A stretch of DNA of 64,000 nucleotides from Octopus vulgaris (Eukaryota). Below are positions 1-12,984 of this stretch, piece after piece. The stretch is taken from positions 52,080,001 through 52,144,000 of the forward strand of contig OX597832.1 in NCBI GenBank assembly GCA_951406725.2, given 5' to 3'. Position 1 is the stretch's first letter; each line of letters opens with the position of its first letter. Below the pieces are notes generated by a model, which was given only the letters and a program-made list of their open reading frames with translations, had not been told where the DNA came from and did not search any database. The position numbers were made by a program, and so were the translations under genes.

Positions 1-31
<31 letters not shown>

Positions 32-61
32 ACACGCACATTGATTGTCGAAGTAATTAAT

Positions 62-250
62 TTAAAATCTTACTGTTTTTGAGTCCTGTTTATTTGCTAT
101 CTCCCTTCCTTCTGGTTGCGATTGACATTTTGGGAGACGAATCTCTTCTGTGGCGGAAGTTTTAGTTTCTGAAGAAATACTAGAATCCTTGATCTCTTTC
201 TCAATGTTAACAGCTGGTTTGCTTTGCGATTTGTCATTATGTAATTTGGG
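62..250 (-). CDS. Candidate small unknown gene, terminal coding exon (PKLHNDK...SKTVRF*)
   Basis: Acceptor ttttcacatttcag|CCC at 250; 62 codons of hydrophilic protein-like sequence to TAA at 64-62. Phase 0 matches the donor at 2987, giving a 123-aa product. Confidence 0.5.
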   Translation of the reverse strand, partial: PKLHNDKSQSKPAVNIEKEIKDSSISSETKTSATEEIRLPKCQSQPEGREIANKQDSKTVRF

Positions 251-330
251 CTGAAATGTGAAAATAATGGTGCATAATTTACAATTTAAGCAAAAAATAT
301 TTATCGTGAAATAATAAAAACAGTAACATG

Positions 331-1899
331 TGCTACGGTAAACACATGCTACGGTAAACACATGCTACGGTAAACACATGCTATGGTAAACACATGCTAC
401 AGTAAACACATGCTATGGTAAACACATGCTATGGTAAACACATGCTATGGTAAACACATGCTATGGTAAACACATGCTACGGTAAACACATGCTACTGTA
501 AACACATGCTATGGTAAACACATGCTACAGTAAACACATGCTACGGTAAACACATGCTATGGTAAACACATGCTACCGTAAACACATGCTATGGTAAACA
601 CATGCTACGGTAAACACATGCTCATGCTACGGTAAACACATGCTATGGTAAACACATGCTACCGTAAACACATGCTACGGTAAACACATGCTACGGTAAA
701 CACATGCTACGATAAACACATGCTACGGTAAACACATGCTACGGTAAACACATGCTACGGTAAACACATGCTATGGTAAACACATGCTATGGTAAACACA
801 TGATATGGTAAACACATGCTACGGTAAACACATGCTACGGTAAACACATGCTACGGTAAACACATGCTATGGTAAACACATGCTACGGTAAACACATGCT
901 ACGGTAAACACATGTTATGGTAAACACATGCTATGGTAAACACATGCTGCGGTAAACACATGCTATGGTAAACACATGCTACAGTAAACACATGCTACAG
1001 TAAACACATGCTACGGTAAACACATGATACGGTAAACACATGCTATGGTAAACACATGCTACGGTAAACACATGCTACGGTAAACACATGCTATGGTAAA
1101 CACATGCTATGGTAAACAAATGCTATGGTAAACACATGCTACAGTAAACACATGCTACGGTAAACACATGCTACGGTAAACACATGCTATGGTAAACACA
1201 TGCTACGGTAAACACATGCTATGGTAAACACATGCTATGGTAAACACATGCTATGGTAAACACATGCTATGGTAAACAAATGCTATGGTAAACACATGCT
1301 ACGGTAAACACATGCTATGGTAAACACATGCTACGGTAAACACATGCTACGGTAAACACATGCTATGGTAAACACATGCTATGGTAAACACATGCTACGG
1401 TAAACACATGCTACAGTAAACACATGCTACGGTAAACACATGCTACGGTAAACACATGCTATGGTAAACACATGCTACGGTAAACACATGCTATGGTAAA
1501 CACATGCTATGGTAAACACATGCTACGGTAAACACATGCTACGGTAAACACATGCTATGGTAAACACATGCTACGGTAAACACATGCTACGGTAAACACA
1601 TGCTATGGTAAACACATGCTATGGTAAACACATGCTACGGTAAACACATGCTATGGTAAACACATGCTACGGTAAACACATGCTACGGTAAACACATGCT
1701 ATGGTAAACACATGCTACGGTAAACACATGCTACGGTAAACACATGCTATGGTAAACACATGCTACGGTAAACACATGCTACGGTAAACACATGCTACGG
1801 TAAACACATGCTACGGTAAACACATGCTATGGTAAACACATGCTATGGTAAACACATGCTATGGTAAACACATGCTATGGTAAACACATGCTACAGTAA
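331..1899. repeat. 16-bp minisatellite (AACACATGCTAYGGTA)n, about 98 copies
   Basis: Directly visible period of 16; most variation is ACG/ATG/ACA at the single CpG. Confidence 0.98.
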
Positions 1900-2786
1900 A
1901 AATATTTGAGAGACTGGTGTGTTTTTGTTGACTTTTGTTCGGTGTTGTATCAATTCTTTCTTGCAAGAATTCTTCAGATAGGAATGGTGGGTGGGTAGAG
2001 GTTACAGGAATGTATGGGGGAAGAAATAGTTAGAAGTGGGGTGGGGTGGAGGTGAATATATTGGATGATGAATATATTACGGGGTGGTTGAGGATAAATA
2101 TGAGTTGGTGAAAAGACAGAGGAAAGTAGGGAATGCCTGTAGAGATTGAGTAGGCTTGAGGTGTGGATGTAGTGAATGATGGACAAAGATAAAGGGGTGA
2201 GCAATGATATAGGAGTTGGATGGAATGTATGAGAGAGTAGGTGATGAATGGCAATACAAAAGAGGGGTGAAAAGCAGAAGAATAGCAATGATAGTACAGT
2301 AGACAGGGGAAGGATAAGAGAAGAAGAGATGATGTATGAGTGGGTAGGATGCAATAGTGTGAGCGGAGAGGCAGATGTAGTGTATGAGGAGAGTAAGTGA
2401 TGTATAGCAATGAAGAGGGAGAAATACTTTGGTAGCATATAAAGGTGATCAATGTAAAATGTGAGTGGAGAGGGCAAAAATCAAAAATGAAGTGCTTCTA
2501 GGTTGGGAGAAAGATAACTGGTATCACAGAAAATGATGATGATGAAATATGGAGTTCTTGCATGTTACTTATTGATCTCACTAGTGCTGGTGGCACAAAA
2601 GAAGTACCCATTGCACGTTGTAATGTGGTTGGCTGGTTGGTAGGTTAGTTGGTTGGTTGGTGTTATGAAGGATATCCAGTCATAGAAACCATGTCAAAAC
2701 TGACACTGGAACTTGATGTAGTCCTGTGGCTTGCCAGATCTTGTCAAACCATCCAGCCCATATCAAAATAGAATACAGACATTAAA

Positions 2787-2795
2787 TGATGATGG

Positions 2796-2831
<36 letters not shown>

Positions 2832-2855
2832 CGATTATGATGATGGTGATGGTGA

Positions 2856-2889
<34 letters not shown>

Positions 2890-2937
2890 GGTGGTAGTGG
2901 TGGTGGTGGTGATGATGATGATGATGATGATGATGAT
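2787..2937. repeat. Compound (GAT)n/(GGT)n microsatellite
   Basis: Directly visible. Confidence 0.95.
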
Positions 2938-2986
2938 TAAAGTTTGTATTAAAAAAAGGACACAAAATAGGTCGGTGATATCATAC

Positions 2987-3169
2987 CATCAGTGCAAAAC
3001 CAGGAACATTATGTATCAAAACTTTTAAGGAGTTCTGTTGCTTTACAACCAATTGGTTGTCTTGGATGTTTGGTGTTTTAGGGAAATAATTGAGGTATTG
3101 TGGTTTTGGCTTCTTCGGTTCTTCATTAGTTTTAGAGTAACTAATATGATGAGGTCTTTTGGTAGTCAT
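2987..3169 (-). CDS. Candidate small unknown gene, first coding exon (MTTKRPHH...PGFALM)
   Basis: Non-repetitive segment. Acceptor tttttaatattcag| with the exon starting at 3195, ATG at 3169, donor ATG|GTATGA at 2987, phase 0. No recognisable domain. Confidence 0.45.
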
Positions 3170-3346
3170 TCTGATTTAGAGATGTAATCAGACACCTGAA
3201 TATTAAAAACATGTTTCATTAAGAAAATCAGATATTTATTGTCATGGAGGAATTTCTGTAAATAAACTTTTGATGCCAAAGATTTTAAAACAAAAAAAAT
3301 ATTTAACCTTTAATCATTCTGTCAAATGTAATGCTTATTTAAGAAA

Positions 3347-3576
3347 GGGGGCGAGCTGGCAGAAACGTTAGCACGCCGAGCGAAATGCGTAGCCGTATTT
3401 TGTCTGCCATTACATTCTGAGTTCAAATTCCACCAAGGTCGACTTTGCCTTTCATCCTTTCGGGGTCGATAAATTAAGTACCAGTTATGCACTGGGGTCG
3501 ATGTAATCGACTTAATCCATTTGTCTGTCCTTGTTTGTCCCCTCTGTGTTTAGCCCCTTGAGGGTAGTAAAGAAAT
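3347..3576 (+). mobile_element. SINE family B (tRNA-like head, Meta-domain-like body)
   Basis: GGCGAGCTGGCAGAAACGTTAGC...GAGTTCAAATTCC...GACTTTGCCTTTCATCCTTTCGGGGTCGATAAATTAAGTACCAG. More than 15 further copies or fragments, e.g. about 10311-10555, 11142-11268, 14750-14945, 16120-16312, 16445-16587, 25445-25645, 44433-44735, 48251-48460, 54325-54490, 59392-59770, 63158-63343. Confidence 0.85.
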
Positions 3577-3804
3577 ATGTAATACTTATTTATTCATATT
3601 GTATTGAATTAATCATACATTATCTTGTTTCATAGCGAAGGGCTTCTGACTTTTGATTTGTATTGCAGATTAAACATAGACCAGACAATTTTATTTTTTA
3701 TAGAACTTTCCAATTTCCTACTGATAATGAACTCAATAATATGTATTAAGATTATACAGATTTCTTCATGTTGTATGTACAAGGATGATAAACAAAATTT
3801 TTAA

Positions 3805-4832
3805 GGCGCAGGAGTGGCTGTGTGGTAAGTAGCTTGCTTATCAACCACATGGTTCTGGGTTCAGTCCCACTGTGTGGCACCTTGGGCAAGTGTCTTCTAC
3901 TATAGCCTCGGGCTGACCAAAGCCTTGTGAGTGGATTTGGTAGACGGAAACTGAAAGAAGCCCATCGTATATATGTATATCTATTATATAAAATCCATTC
4001 TGTCTGTCTATGTGTGTGTGTCTTCTAGGATCTCGGGCATCCTTCATCCAATTGCGCTCAAATTTGATATGTAGATACCGACGGTATCAAGGCATGTATA
4101 AGTCTTTAAAAAATTACAAAAACCAATTCCAGGCTAGAATGTGATCGATAAAGCCGTGGGAACATGCATTTGTACATGCAAGTACAATAGCTGTTGTGAT
4201 CGATACTACGCGTACACGAGAAAAATGCGCATGCAGTTTGCGCAAAAAAAGCTGGCTGGCTTGAAAAACCCCCACAAAATGCAGTATATTTAAGAGACCA
4301 AAAAAGTAAGATGCAAAAGAGATATTTTCTTCAAACTTGGCATAAAGGAAGGAAAGACTATTTGGTTCCTCAAGAAGTTTTTTTTTGGATAAAATCGTTT
4401 TTCTTTGGAATAGTAAAAATCTATCTTTATTTCTTCTTTTGCTGGTGTCTCAAATTTAGATTAAATAAGTGTTTCTCAAAGGGGAGGCTTATGGGATGGA
4501 TGGACAAGTTGTTTTGAGAAAATTTGGTTTAAATGTTTGACAACTCAGCACCGTCCATTGGCTGGGGGGGTGTTTTGCTCGTATAGATATATATATATAT
4601 GTATGTATGTGTGTGTATATGTTTGTTTGTCTGTGTTTGTTCCCCAAACATCGCCTGACAACTGATGCTGGTGTGTTTACATCACCGTAACTTAGCAGTT
4701 CGGCAAAAGAGACCGGTAGAATAAGTACTAGGCTTACAAAGAATAAGTTCTGGGGTCGATTTGCTCGACTAAAGGCGGTGCTCCAGCATGGCCCTAGTCA
4801 AATGGCTGACACAATTAAAAGAGTAAAGAGAG
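3805..4832 (+). mobile_element. SINE family A (tRNA head, CORE-like domain, internal microsatellite) with a nested Helitron
   Basis: GGCGCAGGAGTGGCTGTGTGGTAAG...GGTTCAGTCCC...CCTTGGGCAAGTGTCTT...tail (GAGTAAAA)n; interrupted at 3980-4581. Confidence 0.88.
3980..4581 (+). mobile_element. Non-autonomous Helitron-like element
   Basis: 5' TCTATTATATAAAA; 3' subterminal GC-rich hairpin remnant and CTCG end; inserted between A and T with no TSD. A second copy is at 22684-23071. Confidence 0.7.
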
Positions 4833-5621
4833 TATATCTACACAAAAACTCCCACCCCTCCGACTTTGTTTCCTCATATCTTCCAGAAAAATTAATATCT
4901 TTTATCGGTTACTAAAAATACGCTTCAGATATTGTTTAGATTCCGATTATATTGGAATTCGTTGTGAAAAAGAAAAATGCTGTGCGTGAGGAGAGGAGTT
5001 TCGGAAAATTCACATGAATCGGTTTTGTTTCCTGATAACATTTTTTTTTTTTTAATGGGTATTTCTGAATGAAATTTTCTACATGCATCCTTCAGAGCGT
5101 GTAGATTACGATTATAGCGGAATTTAATACGAAAGACAAAAAAATTCATGGGTTCGCACACGTACATACTGACACACATCACATATACACAAAATGAAAC
5201 TTGAAATTTGGGAAAAACAATATGTATATGTGCATGCTCACCATTTTTTTTTTTTCACGTCAAATTCTGATATAATCGTAACTTGCACACTCTGAAGAGC
5301 ATTTGTAGAAAATTTAATGACGAAATAACCATTTTCCGAAAGTTATGAGGAAACAAATCGAATTTTCTGAAATTCTTGTCCCCACTCTTGGAAAAATATT
5401 TTTCATAACAAATTTCAATATAATAAGGATCTACACCATATGCAGCATATTTGTAGAAAATTTTATAGAAAAAATATTTATTTTTCTGGAAGTTATGAGG
5501 AAACAAAGTCGGGGTGGGGGGCGACCACTTCAGTAGTTATTCCCCGTAGTTATGGCAACATGTCCGCGTGTTTACATACATACATACGTACATAGTACCC
5601 GTGTATTGTGTGTGTGTGTAC

Positions 5622-5653
<32 letters not shown>

Positions 5654-5889
5654 GTGTGTGAAAAAATCAATTAAAACTTTTATTTCGATACATAAAAAAC
5701 TTGGCGTCGTTAATATAAAAGGTGCGTGACAACGAAATATAATTAAAGACGCACAATTGCTTCGTAAACTAATCAATATGTCAATTTGGTTAATTGCAAT
5801 ATTTCTATGAAGCGAGATGCGCTTTACTATGACTGTCATATACCAATACTAAGTAGTCTATGATATCGAAAAAACAGAAATAAAATTAC

Positions 5890-5958
5890 CTTTGTAGTAG
5901 CGTCTTAAACTGTATTCGGAAACAGGTTCCATGTTGTAATTAGCTGTTGCTAGGTAAC
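5890..5958 (-). promoter_or_regulatory. RFX X-box with a putative short first exon of the candidate gene
   Basis: GTTGCTAGGTAAC at 5946-5958 fits the RFX consensus RYTGCNNRGNAAC. Minus-strand donor AAG|GTAATT at 5890. A second X-box-like GTAGTTATGGCAAC lies near 5546-5559. Confidence 0.45.
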
Positions 5959-6510
5959 AATATGTAAATATTGCTTTTTTTTCTTCCCAGAATGCAAATG
6001 GATTTTTTTTAAAAAAAGACCCCCATTTATTTCAGCGATCTTTTACGTAGATAAACATTGTTTTTTTTCTTCTGTGAGATGTATAAATATTAATATCTAA
6101 GAGTATGCAAATGTAAATAGCCAAAGTTGTCCTCTTCGTGACGGATAGCTTATTAAAAGTGGGTGGGTAATAATAAAATCTGTTAACTTTGCGACTTTTC
6201 AATTCTCCACCCACCTTCACGTTTTAAAAATATGGAGATAACAATTTTCAAAAACTAAAAAGTTCTTTTCAATTTAAAAACACTTTCCTTCTCTCTTCAA
6301 AACTACTCCACCGGCTCGCCTTCAAAAAGTTTTGAAACTTGTCTTTCATTTACACGCGTGTTGCCGAATGCTGATCGATAGGCAGCAGACGACGGGACTT
6401 AAGCCTGAAGGTGGTCGCTCGATATGCTAGAAACAACAGCCAAATGGCCTTCGTACTGCGTGTTTCTTAAGTCTTATAAAATGAAGACAACATTGGCTAA
6501 TCTGATGCAT

Positions 6511-6920
6511 GGATCTTTTCGGTTTGAACGGCAGTTTTTAAAAATAATTTCCACGTAACTAAACACTTTTAAACTTCGTATACTGGTAGACTGTGTTTAT
6601 AAAACATCTTTTTCTCTTGGCTTTATTGAGAAAATTCTATAGTTTGTAAGATATTTGTTGTTGTTTTTTTCTTCAATTTCTGCAATTTCAACCAATCAAT
6701 GACGTCTATTGGGGTGAAAACATTTTGTGCCATATGAATATGTCGAGAAACAGATTGGGTTTATTTACATTTCTGAAGAAAAAAAGATACCCTTCCCCCA
6801 CCCCTAACTCTAACCCTAAAACAGATTGAGATGCAATAGATCGATACTAGGGTCATAATTATGGGTGACAATTTCATATGACACTGCTAGAAAAAACTGC
6901 CGTTCAAACCGAAAAGATCC
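6511..6920 (-). mobile_element. TTAGGG-containing MITE, 8-bp TSD (Merlin-like or hAT-like)
   Basis: TIR GGATCTTTTCGGTTTGAACGGCAGTTTTT at both ends; TSD TGATGCAT at 6503-6510 and 6921-6928. Confidence 0.92.
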
Positions 6921-7479
6921 TGATGCATTTTTATGGCTGTTGGGTGGGTGGAATCTTTTCCGTTTAAGATACAGGGCTCCATGATTTTATTGAGAATTTT
7001 TTCGGCTGTGTGGTAAGAGACCCTGACGGGCCTTCGCAGGTGGCTGCGAAGGTCATGAGGGAGAACGACCTGTTCATGATAATGGGCTCCTTCCCCCAAG
7101 GATACCTACAGATTAATGTTAAATTGGCCCGACTTGGAGCCGTCCAGGTGTTTTGCTGAAGCGAGAAGTCTGGTCGGGCAAGAAGATTATTTTATTGATT
7201 GCTTAATGGACTTGTGTAAGAGGTTCATTGCCTCACAATGGCTTTGTATGTCGTTAATAAAAGAGGTCTATTGCCTCCTTAAAGTGTTATTCTGTAAGAG
7301 GTTTGTTGCCTCAAAATGTTTTATAAAAGTACAATGTGCTCGGGTATACAGCAATCGGCGGGCGTTGCTGTTGCCCTCGTAATTATCATATCGTTAATCA
7401 TTCCATCTCATTATGTCCGTGTCCAGCCCGCAGCTTCCTTTCTTTGTAAGGCCCTTGTGGCCAATTAAATGAATAAAAG

Positions 7480-7617
7480 AAGCTTGCTTCACAACCACAT
7501 GGTTCCGTGTTCAGTCCCACTGCGTGGAACCTTGGGCAAGCGCCTTCTACTATAGCCTCGGGCCGACCAAAGCCTTGTGAGTGGATTTGGTAGACGGAAA
7601 CTGAAAGAATCCCGCCG

Positions 7618-7649
<32 letters not shown>

Positions 7650-7948
7650 TGTATGTATGTATGTATGTATGTATGTATGTATGTATGTATGTGTGTATGT
7701 ATGTATGTATGTATGTGTGTATGTATGTATGTGTTTGTTGTTTGAGTTTGTGTTTGTCCCTCACTATCGTTTGACAACCGATGCTGGTGTGTTTACGTCC
7801 CCGTCACTTAGCGGTTCGACAAAAAGACACCGATAGAATAAGTACTAGGCTTACAAAGAATAAGTCCTGGGGTTGATTTATTCGACTAAAGATGGTGCTC
7901 CAGCATGGCCGCAGTCAAATGACTGAAACAAGTAAAAGAGTAAAAGAG
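7480..7948 (+). mobile_element. SINE family A, 5'-truncated, internal (ATGT)n
   Basis: Matches the family A body and tail. Confidence 0.88.
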
Positions 7949-8307
7949 TTATGACTATATGGTAAAATGTTTGGCCAAACCACTCGATTCCAGTTTCAAT
8001 CCTTCTGCGTGGAACCTTGGACCAGTGTTTTCTACAGCCCAGTACCGACCAAAATCTTGTGAGTTAATTTGGCAGACAGAAACTGCATGGAATCCCGTCA
8101 TATTCACACGCTGTTACCTATCGATCTATGTGCTTTGAGATTTACTGTTCCGAAAAAAGAATGTATGTATTATGTATGGATGTATGCGCGTGTGTCTTTG
8201 TGTTTGTTTCTTTTCACCTAACCGGTGTTGGTTTGTTTACCTTACCGGTTCGGCAAAACATCAGACCGATAGAGTAAGTACCAGATAGATACGCGAGTAA
8301 AATTACT

Positions 8308-9243
8308 TGTAGCGCTTGGTGGAATGCATTTTCTCTCTTTGAGAGATATACAAATGCGGACGTGGCGTATAACAACCAGCCTTCGGCTGCTTAGGCCCAG
8401 TTGTGTCCGCTGCTCTGATTGGTTGGTTTTGTTGCAGTTTTAACTCTTGCTTTATTTCGCGCCAATGTGTAAACCAACCAATCGCAACCTTCTGATAAGG
8501 TCCCGTGACACTTTTTGTAAAGCTCGTTTGAGCCAACTAATCTCTTTAAAAGCTAGTCACAACAAACCATTACTGGTCTTTGGTCCTAGACCATTGACCA
8601 CAGAGCATTCAGCGACAGACAGTTCAAGCGACTCAGCCATGTTCCAGCGATCGCGACACCAACGCCATCGCAGCATTTCAGGACTTTTCTCCACCGTCGC
8701 ATTCACTAACGTCGTCTACATCAATACGTACGCAGCAACATCGCCCAGGTTTACTACACGCTGTTTGTGAATACTTACCAAGGTTAACAGCTAACTCTAC
8801 CTGCGAGAACTTTCTGTACCAAGTAACCCGGCCCAGCATTGAAGCCACAACCGCTACACGACATATGTTCAACCGGCATTTGCCTTGTGACCCCAACTTC
8901 ATTGTTACAGAACTATGACTATTGCGTTTCTTACTACGAACTGATATTTTTATCTTTTACTTTGTGTCTGATCTATGTCTAGCGTCCCGAGGGACTCATT
9001 TCTATGCTCTGTATCATGTCTCACACGCATACACCTTGTTTGTACTTATAACGCACACACGTACACAGATACTCTGCTACCCACATGTCAACACCTAAAT
9101 AAAGCCTTTCTCTTACATTATACGGTTGTGTTTTCTCCTTATTCATTTTGGCACTTACTTTGACTTTCATTGTAAGGCGACTGTGCGGCGTTTAAAAAGA
9201 GACATTCAATCGTCACCACCCCCTTTCGCACGGTCGTTCTACA
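8308..9243 (+). mobile_element. Solo LTR (Gypsy-type)
   Basis: TGTAG...CTACA termini, 4-bp TSD TACT on both sides, TATA-like TTTAAAA near 8546, AATAAA near 9098; 936 bp. Confidence 0.8.
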
Positions 9244-9649
9244 TACTAATAAGGAAACGAAAATGAACTTTGGAAACAGCAACGCCACAAAAGGTTACGT
9301 GCAAACGATGAACGTGTTTTCAAGGGAGATAATCAAAGAACGTAACTAATAATTCATGTAAAGTAAATATAACAAATGAAAAATCCTTCTAGAATCCATA
9401 AAAGTTCTCGGATCACTACCAAATTTCATCATCTCTTCTTTGTGTCATTACCAACTTTCCTACACGTTTCATCAAATACTGTTCACAACTTTTTGAGTTA
9501 CTTTGCACACAGACAGACAGATGGACAAACCAACGCCGATGAAAACATAACCTCCTTCCTTGGCGGAGGTAAAAATATACAGTACAGTACTGTTTCTACT
9601 TCGCGAGGGGTTTTGCAATGTAACACTCGCGATAGTCGAGAGATTACTG

Positions 9650-10082
9650 GGATTTTTTCGGTTTGAACGGCAGTTTTTTCTAGCGGTGTCATATGAAATT
9701 GTCACCCATAATTATGACCCTAGAATCGATCTATTGCATTTCAATCTCTTTTAGTGTTAGGGTTAGTTAGGGTTAGGGTTATGGGTGGGGGAAGGGTATC
9801 TTTTTTTCTTCACAAATGTAAATAAACCCAATCTGTTTCTTAAACGAGGGACATATTCATACGGCACAGAATGCTTTTTAACTCAATAGACGTCACTGAT
9901 TGGTTGAAATTGCATAAATTGAAGAAGAAAAAACAACAAATATCTTACAAACTATAGAATTTTCTCAATAAAGCCAAGAGAAAAAGATGTTTTATAAACA
10001 CATTCTACCAGTATACGAAGTTTTAAATTTCTTAGTTACCTAGAAATTATGTTAAAAACTGCCGTTCAAACCGAAAAGATCC
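9650..10082 (+). mobile_element. TTAGGG-containing MITE, 8-bp TSD
   Basis: Same TIRs; TSD GATTACTG. Confidence 0.92.
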
Positions 10083-11619
10083 GATTACTGTATATATATA
10101 TAAACCCATAGTTGTCATAAAGGGGAAGTTGTTCTCTTGTGGCGAACACAAAACCGATAAGCATAACTACATTCGAATTTGCCGAAATATGTTAAGAATA
10201 GATATGCAAGACAGCATTGTAACGAGTTAATCAATCATTTTTGCTATTTCGCATAACATTGGCTTAGGAAACAAATGTTGCTCTGTCCATTTTATTTTAA
10301 TATTGTAGATCTATTAATCCGTTTGTCTGTCCTTGTTTGTCCTCTCTGTGTTTAGCCCCTTGTGGGTAGTAAAAAAATAAGTAGTAAAGAAATAGGTATT
10401 TCGTCTGTTTTTACGTTTTGAGTTCAAATTCCGCCGAGGTCGACTTTGCCTTTCATCCTTTCGTGGTCGATAAATTAAGTACCAGTTACGTAATGGGGTC
10501 GATCTAACCGACTAGACCCCTCCCCAAAACTTTAGGACCTTGTGCCTAGAGTAGGAAAGAATATTCTAGATCTATCTTTTGTTAGTAAAATAGAACGTGA
10601 CAAAATGTATAGTCATTGAATTCCTTAGAAATCCAATGTTTGCTTTTAGCTGGTTGTGCAGACTATGGCCAAAGACTCAACGGAGTCGTACTATTATATT
10701 TCAATGAAAGATCTATTAAATAAACAATGATGTCACTACGAATATGCTGCCTGTCAATAAAAAGAGCTTTATAAAGTTAGCTGTAGTCCACTCCCAAATG
10801 ATTATCATAAAAGAAAAGTATTTTTTTATTTTCGTTTTGAATGATACAGTGTTATTATATTCGCTAATGTTTGTTTGGTTATATTTCTTTTTCATTTTGG
10901 CACAAGGCAAGCAGTTTTGAGAGTAGGGGATAAGTCGACCCCAGTACTTGACTGGTACTTTTATTTTATTGACTCTGAAAGGATGGAACCAAAAGTTGAC
11001 CTCGGTAGAACATGAAGTGTGGATGTAAAACCAGAAATGCCACTAAGAATTTACTCCGGAACGTTAACAATTCTGCCAGCCTGCCAACTTCTCATAATTT
11101 TTTTTTTTTTTTTTTTTTTTGTTAATGTTAGAATTTGTGTAGGGTGGCGAGCTGGCAGAATAGTTAGCACATCGGGCAAATTGTTTAGAAGCATTTTGTC
11201 CGCGTTTACGTTCTGAGTTCAAATTCCGCCGAGATCGAGCTTTATCTTTTCGGGGTCAATAAAATAAGGGATCTTTACCTTTTGACCGACAGATTTAAAA
11301 AATAATTTTTTGTAAACTCAACACTTTCAAACTTCGGACACTGGTAGAATCTGTCATATAAAACATTTTTTACTCTTAGTATTTTTGAGAAAAGTTATTT
11401 CACGTTAAAGTTGTCGTATTTCGGTAATTTCAACCAATCAATGACGTGTATTCAGCTGAATAAAATTACTGCCGTTGTTTGTCAACAACAACTTCCGGCG
11501 GTGTATTTTTCGTTTGTCACTCTTATTTATGACATCGTTCGTGCGTTTGTACTGGTTTTAGCTTTAAGATTTTAGGGTTAGGGTTTTAGGGAGTTCTTGT
11601 TGACAAACAACAACAGTAA

Positions 11620-12344
11620 TAGTGAAAGTGCTAAGCGTCATGCTTATAACACTGGAAGATAAACTGGCTACGATAAAACGCCATGAAAAAGGTGAGAAAG
11701 TGGTAGCAATTGCACGATCTTTTAGGATGAGTCGGACAACTGTATCGACGATTGAACAAAATAAGGACAAGATTTTAGCACATATCAAACCATGTATTAT
11801 TGAAAATGTGGAGGCGCAATGGCCCAGTGGTTAGGGCAGCGGACTCGCGGTCATAGGATCGCGGTTTCGATTCCCAGACCGGGCGTTGTGAGTGTTTATT
11901 GAGCGAAAACACCTAAAGCTCCACGAGGCTCCGGCAGGGATGGTGGTGATCCCTGCTGTACTCTTTCACCACAACTTTCTCTCACTCTTACTTCCTGTTT
12001 CTGTTGTACCTGTATTTCAAAGGACCGGCCTTGTCACTCTCTGTGTCACGCTGAATAATCCCCGAGAGCTACGTTAAGGGTACACGTGTCTGTGGAGTGC
12101 TCAGCCACTTATACGTTAATTTCACGAGCAGGCTGTTCCGTTGATTCGGATCAACCGGAACCCTCGTCGTCGTAACCGACGGAGTGCTTCCATCCATTAT
12201 TGAAAATGCCTTCATAAATAAAGTACAGGACTGGGAATCGTTATTATCGGTTTAGCCTAGAGACAAGTTAATTCTACTGAAGTCGTTTTTCGACTTAAGT
12301 CGCGTCTTCTGGAACCAATTAACGACGTAGGGTGAGGCATGCCT
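11620..12344 (+). mobile_element. Tigger/pogo-type transposon remnant interrupted by a SINE
   Basis: ITLEDKLATIKRHEKGEKVVAIARSFRMSRTTVSTIEQNKDKI resembles the CENP-B/Tigger N-terminal HTH. A Tigger-like right end ...CGTAGGGTGAGGCATGCCTG lies near 12344. Confidence 0.7.
11809..12195 (+). mobile_element. SINE family C (tRNA-derived), full length, young
   Basis: tRNA-like head with A and B boxes; 13-bp TSD ATTATTGAAAATG at 11796-11808 and 12196-12208. Confidence 0.92.
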
Positions 12345-12596
12345 GGAGTCGATTTGTTCGACTACAACCTGCAATGTAAATCCATTCGATAAACAGAGGT
12401 TAATAACTAGATTCGGTTTGATAAGGTCGAGAAATAACTTAGAAGCCTGTGCTGCAGTAGGGCATAACCCAGCGACTAAAAACTTGGAAATTATTAAAAG
12501 AATGACGCAGACACACAGACACCCATGCACACACACACACAAACACAAACACGCCCGCACACGCATCACCGTGAAAAAAATATGCTTCTGGTTAGT

Positions 12597-12984
12597 GGTG
12601 GAAGCACTCCGTCGGTTACGACGACGAGGGTTCCGGTTGATCCGAATCAACGGAACAGCCTGCTCGTGAAATTAACGTGTAAGTGGCTGAGCACTCCACA
12701 GACACGTGTACCCTTAACGCAGTTCTCGGGGATATTCAGCGTGACACAGAGAGTGACAAGGCCGGACCTTTGAAATACAGGTACAACAGAAACAGGAAGT
12801 AAGAGTGAGAGAAAGTTGTGGTGAAAGAGTACAGCAGGGATCACCACCATCCCCCCTGCCAGAGCCTCGTGGAGCTTTAGGTGTTTTCGCTCAATAAACA
12901 CTCACAACGCCCGGTCTGGGAATCGAAACCGCGATCCTACGACCGCGAGTCCGCTGCCCTAACCACTGGGCCATTGCGCCTCCA
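12597..12984 (-). mobile_element. SINE family C, full length
   Basis: Reverse complement of 11809-12195; TSD CTTCTGGTTAGT at 12585-12596 and 12985-12996. Confidence 0.92.

Noticed and set aside
331-1899. CRISPR-like array
   Set aside because: Contiguous 16-bp units with no unique spacers, no cas genes, eukaryotic context.
1974-2477. 167-aa Ser/Leu/His-rich ORF
   Set aside because: Low-complexity purine-rich strand bias, open in multiple frames; probably a repeat remnant.
11809-11885. tRNA gene
   Set aside because: It is the tRNA-derived head of a SINE with a body and TSD; the same applies to the other SINE heads.
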